Shown: piece by piece, positions 58,649-64,000 of the stretch
How positions within the stretch are numbered: the first letter of the stretch is position 1
Layout of the letters: each line of letters opens with the position of its first letter
Assembly (NCBI GenBank): GCA_963845245.1
Contig: CAWJRJ010000021.1
Location: forward strand, 160,001-224,000
DNA length: 64,000 nt
Reading direction: 5' to 3'
DNA from: Nitrospirota bacterium
Lineage (GTDB): Bacteria; Nitrospirota; JACRHJ01
Translations under genes and position numbers: made by a program
The notes under the pieces: model-generated
Database searches by the model: none
Told to the model about the DNA's origin: nothing
What the model saw: the letters and a program-made list of their open reading frames with translations, nothing else

Positions 58649-59352
58649 ATGAAGGAAGTAGTGCGCCTTGCAAACCTGAGAAAGGTTTACGGCTCCGGCG
58701 ATACCGAGGTCGTAGCCCTTGCCGATGCCAATATGATATTGCACGAGGGAGAGGTCTCCGCCGTCCTGGGGCCTTCGGGTTCGGGAAAGACCACCATGCT
58801 GATGTGCCTCGGCTGCATTACGGAGCCAACCTCCGGGAAGATGTTTATCGGGGGCGAGGAGGTTTATGGAGACGGCGGCTGGAAGAGGCGCGACCTCAGA
58901 CGGCTCAGGCGCGAGAAGATGGGGTTCATATTCCAGTCGCACAACCTCATCCCGTTCCTCAGCGTACTTGACAATGTGGTAATAGCATGCCGAGCTTGTC
59001 GGGACTCCCAGGAAAGAAGCGGAGCAAAAGGCGATGGAGCTTCTGGAATACCTGGAAGTCGCGCACCGCGCCGAGCAAGTTTCCCGCCACCCTGTCCGGT
59101 GGCGAGAGACAGCGGGTCGCCATAGCACGCGCCCTCGTCCACGGCCCGAGCCTGATACTGGCGGACGAGCCGACGGCGGCCCTTGATACGGACAGGGGCA
59201 AAAAGGTGGTGACCCTGCTGAAAGACCTCGCTAAAAAGAGGGGCGTAGGCGTTATAGTCGTTACCCACGACGTAAGGATGGTTGAAGGGTTCGACAAGGT
59301 CTACCATATGAAGGACGGGGTTATCATGGACGAAGCGGGGATGCCCGGATAA
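58649..59352 (+). CDS. ABC transporter ATP-binding protein (frameshifted)
   Basis: GPSGSGKTT, GFIFQSHNL, LSGGERQRVAIARAL, ADEPT, VTHD. Confidence 0.92.
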
Positions 59353-59375
59353 GTTTATTAACATAATGATAAATA

Positions 59376-59409
59376 AGGGGAGTGGCCAGCCAAGGCACCT
59401 CCCTTTTTT
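59376..59409 (+). terminator. Probable intrinsic terminator
   Basis: Imperfect GGGGAGTGGCC/GGCACCTCCC stem plus T6. Confidence 0.55.
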
Positions 59410-59454
59410 ATTCTGTTTTCCCCTTGACATTTTTTTAGTGGAGTTGATAAATTA

Positions 59455-59481
59455 TTAGCACTCAGTAGTGATGAGTGCTAA
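59455..59481 (+). promoter_or_regulatory. CIRCE element (HrcA operator), downstream of TTGACA at 59424
   Basis: Exact TTAGCACTC-N9-GAGTGCTAA upstream of hrcA. Confidence 0.97.
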
Positions 59482-59508
59482 AATATATGGAAGGGGGAGG
59501 AGGTCGGT

Positions 59509-60540
59509 ATGGAGCTCAATGAGAGAACCAAAAGCATTCTGCATGCTATAATAAGCAGTTATATAGCCACGGCGGAGCCGGTCGGCTCCCGGACCGTGAC
59601 CAAGCGCTATGAGCTGGGCATCTCCCCCGCTACGGTCAGGAACATCATGTCCGACCTGGAGGAGATGGGCTTCCTTGCGCAGCCGCACACCTCTGCGGGA
59701 CGCGTCCCCACGGACAAGGCGTACCGCTTCTATATTGATACACTCCTGCAGGTTGGCGCAATATCCAGCCAGCAGGAAAAGGAAATCAGCGATTACCCGC
59801 TCCCGAGGGAGGACTTCCACCAGCTCATGCAGGAGACGACCAGGCTGCTCTCCGGGCTTTCCCATTACACCGGGATAGTAATGGCCCCGAGGCCCGCCGA
59901 GACGGTCTACCAGCATATAGAGTTCATCCGCCTTGCGGGCAGGAAGGCCCTTGCCATATTCGTTTCCAGCTCGGGCATGGTCCACAACAGGATGGTGACG
60001 CTCGAGGAAGACCTGACCCAGAGGGAGCTTGAACAGATATCGAACTTCCTGAACCACGAGATGGCGGGCAAGACGCTGCGCGAGATCAGGAAGCAGATAA
60101 TGTCCATGATGGAGGCCGAGAAGAACAAATACACGAAGCTTCTGGTCAAGCTTATGAGGGTCTGGCAGGAGTCCGTGCCGGAGGCAGAGGGCGTTGAGGG
60201 CGAGCTTTTCGTGGGAGGTATGTCCGAGATGTTCAACGTCCCGGACTTCCACGACATCGACAAGATGAAGGAGATATTCGCCGCATTCGAGGAGAAACAC
60301 CGCCTTCTCAGGCTTCTGGACCAGGCCATCGAGGCGGACGGCGTGCAGGTGTTCATAGGTTCCGAGAACAAATATTTCGACATGCAGGGTGTGAGCATGG
60401 TCGTAGCCAGCTACCGCGGCGAGGGTAACATCGTCGGTACGCTCGGCGTGATCGGCCCGTCGAGGATGTCCTACGGGACGGTGATACCGCTTGTGGACTG
60501 CACGGCGAAGGTATTAGGCCGGCTGATCAGCGGTGGCTGA
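59509..60540 (+). CDS. hrcA: Heat-inducible transcription repressor
   Basis: EPVGSR, SPATVRN.M..LE, QPHTSAGRVPT, GVIGPSRMSY. Confidence 0.97.
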   Translation: MELNERTKSILHAIISSYIATAEPVGSRTVTKRYELGISPATVRNIMSDLEEMGFLAQPHTSAGRVPTDKAYRFYIDTLLQVGAISSQQEKEISDYPLPREDFHQLMQETTRLLSGLSHYTGIVMAPRPAETVYQHIEFIRLAGRKALAIFVSSSGMVHNRMVTLEEDLTQRELEQISNFLNHEMAGKTLREIRKQIMSMMEAEKNKYTKLLVKLMRVWQESVPEAEGVEGELFVGGMSEMFNVPDFHDIDKMKEIFAAFEEKHRLLRLLDQAIEADGVQVFIGSENKYFDMQGVSMVVASYRGEGNIVGTLGVIGPSRMSYGTVIPLVDCTAKVLGRLISGG

Positions 60541-60591
60541 GCGGCCTTGGAATATAAATAACCAGAGGTGTCATAGTGAGCGATAAGAAAC

Positions 60592-61200
60592 ATGAAGGAC
60601 GACAAGGTCCCGATAAACGGGGGCGGTCAGCACAACGAAGGTACAAAACCCTCGGAAGGCGCGGGGTCAGAGGCTTCGGCCGAGGGACGCTCTCTTGCCG
60701 AGCTGATGGAGGAACTGGAGAAGACAAAGGCCGAGTTGACGGAAATCGAGAAGATACGCGCCGAGGCGAAAGAGTCGCATGACAAGTACCTGCGCCTTTA
60801 CGCCGAGACCGAGAACTACAAGAAACGCATGAGCCGTGATGCCGTCGAGGGCCAGAAATACTACAACGAGGGTATAATAAAGGACCTCCTGCCGGTCATG
60901 GACAACCTTGAGCGCGCCCTGTCGCATGCGGGCGAGGACGACCCGCTTATCGAAGGCGTCAGGATGGTGAAAAAGCAGTTCATGGACGTGCTGGCGAAGT
61001 TCGGGGTGACCCAGGTCGAGAGCATCGGCCTTCCGTTCGACCCCGAGAAACAGCAGGCGATAATGCAGGTGGATACGGATGATTACGAGCCCGGCACTGT
61101 CGTGGAGGAGTTCCAGAAGGGCTACTTCCTGAACGAGCGGATACTGCGTCCGGCCATGGTAACGGTAGCTAAGCGCCCGGCTGATAATACCGGCGAATAA
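60592..61200 (+). CDS. grpE: Nucleotide exchange factor
   Basis: LRLYAETENYKKR, LLPVMDNLERA, FDP, QKGY....RILRPAMV. Confidence 0.96.
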   Translation: MKDDKVPINGGGQHNEGTKPSEGAGSEASAEGRSLAELMEELEKTKAELTEIEKIRAEAKESHDKYLRLYAETENYKKRMSRDAVEGQKYYNEGIIKDLLPVMDNLERALSHAGEDDPLIEGVRMVKKQFMDVLAKFGVTQVESIGLPFDPEKQQAIMQVDTDDYEPGTVVEEFQKGYFLNERILRPAMVTVAKRPADNTGE

Positions 61201-61250
61201 TGATAATATAGTGATGAAGGCATCTTGCATATAAGAAGGAGGAACTTAAA

Positions 61251-63170
<1,920 letters not shown>

Positions 63171-63208
63171 CGCAGGTTGAATTACAGTCCTGCTTGTGAG
63201 ATAATATC

Positions 63209-63240
63209 GAGCCCGGCCCTTAAATGGGCTGGGCTTGTGT
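63209..63240 (+). terminator. Hairpin between dnaK and dnaJ (partial terminator or stabiliser)
   Basis: AGCCCGGCCC/GGGCTGGGCT stem with a GT-rich tail. Confidence 0.5.
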
Positions 63241-63274
63241 TTGTTGTTTTGGTTGTCATTCTGAGGGAAAGAAC

Positions 63275-64000
63275 GTGTCTAAACGCGATTACTACGAAGT
63301 TCTTGGCGTACACAAGAACGCCACCGAGACGGAGATAAAGAAGGCGTACCGCCGTCTGGCGATGCAGCACCACCCGGACAAGAACCCGGAAAACCACAAG
63401 GAAGCGACTGACAAGTTCAAGGAGGCCACAGAGGCCTACGAGGTGCTGTCCGACCAGCAGAAGCGCGCGAACTACGACCAGTACGGCTTTGCCGGTGTCG
63501 GCGGTGCGGGCGGCGGCGGTTATCAGTGGCGGGCCCGGGGACTTCTCGGACATCTTCGGCGACATCTTCGGGGACTTCTTCGGCGGCGCAACAGGCTACG
63601 GGCGCACGCGGGCTTCGCAGGGGCTCAGACCTCCGCTACAACATGACCATCTCGTTCGAGGACGCGGCCTTCGGCAAAGAGACCACGATAAAGATACCAA
63701 AGACCGAGACCTGCCCAACGTGCTCCGGCTCCGGCAGCAAGCCCGGCACCCAGCCCAAGGTCTGCCCGTCATGCAGGGGCACAGGCCAGACGCGCATGCA
63801 GCAGGGCTTCTTCTCCATCAGCCGCACCTGCGGGGCCTGCCGAGGCACGGGCAGCATCATTACCGACCCATGCCCCGAGTGCAAGGGCAGGAAATATATC
63901 GAACGTGAAAAGACCCTGACCGTAAAACTGCCGCCGGGTGTGGATACCGGAAGCCGCGTCAGGCTGTCAGGCGAGGGCGAGCCGGGCATGCACGGCGGGC
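63275..64000 (+). CDS. dnaJ: Chaperone DnaJ, frameshifted and 3'-truncated by the window edge
   Basis: [15 protein letters not shown] region, CxxCxGxG repeats. Confidence 0.96.

Overview
Chromosomal segment of an anaerobic, GC-rich bacterium. The gene order (pilB-pilT-pilC-pilS-pilR-pilA-pilG/H/I, rplM-rpsI...argC-argJ, hrcA-grpE-dnaK-dnaJ) suggests a Desulfobacterota/Nitrospirota-type organism; this is inference only. Many genes, including core ones (rplM, dnaJ, argJ, fabG, pilC), are broken by mostly +1 frameshifts. I read these as long-read consensus errors and annotate the reconstructed genes. Contents in order: proS (partial); signalling and hydrolase genes; an operon where an HdrB-HdrC fusion precedes a split three-gene archaeal-type glutamate synthase with no gltD or hdrA; yhaM, pgsA-like, AI-2E, DUF512, aroE; a type IVa pilus locus with three tandem aromatic-rich pilins, sigma54 promoters and a repeated GTGATG-N5-CATCAC palindrome; directly after it a B12-radical SAM/fabD/fabG/fabZ lipid cassette; a rhodanese-TolC-RND operon; rqcH, rplM, rpsI, argC, argJ; a metal/redox block (DUF134-NifX, PocR, CBS, split-Soret cytochrome c, FmdE, ChrA, TetR, MacAB-like) with a duplicated TetR promoter/operator; and the CIRCE-controlled hrcA-grpE-dnaK-dnaJ operon. 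Several families of short palindromic repeats (REP-like and others) occupy intergenic regions, and two sit inside a coding sequence. No rRNA, tRNA, CRISPR array or transposase was recognised.
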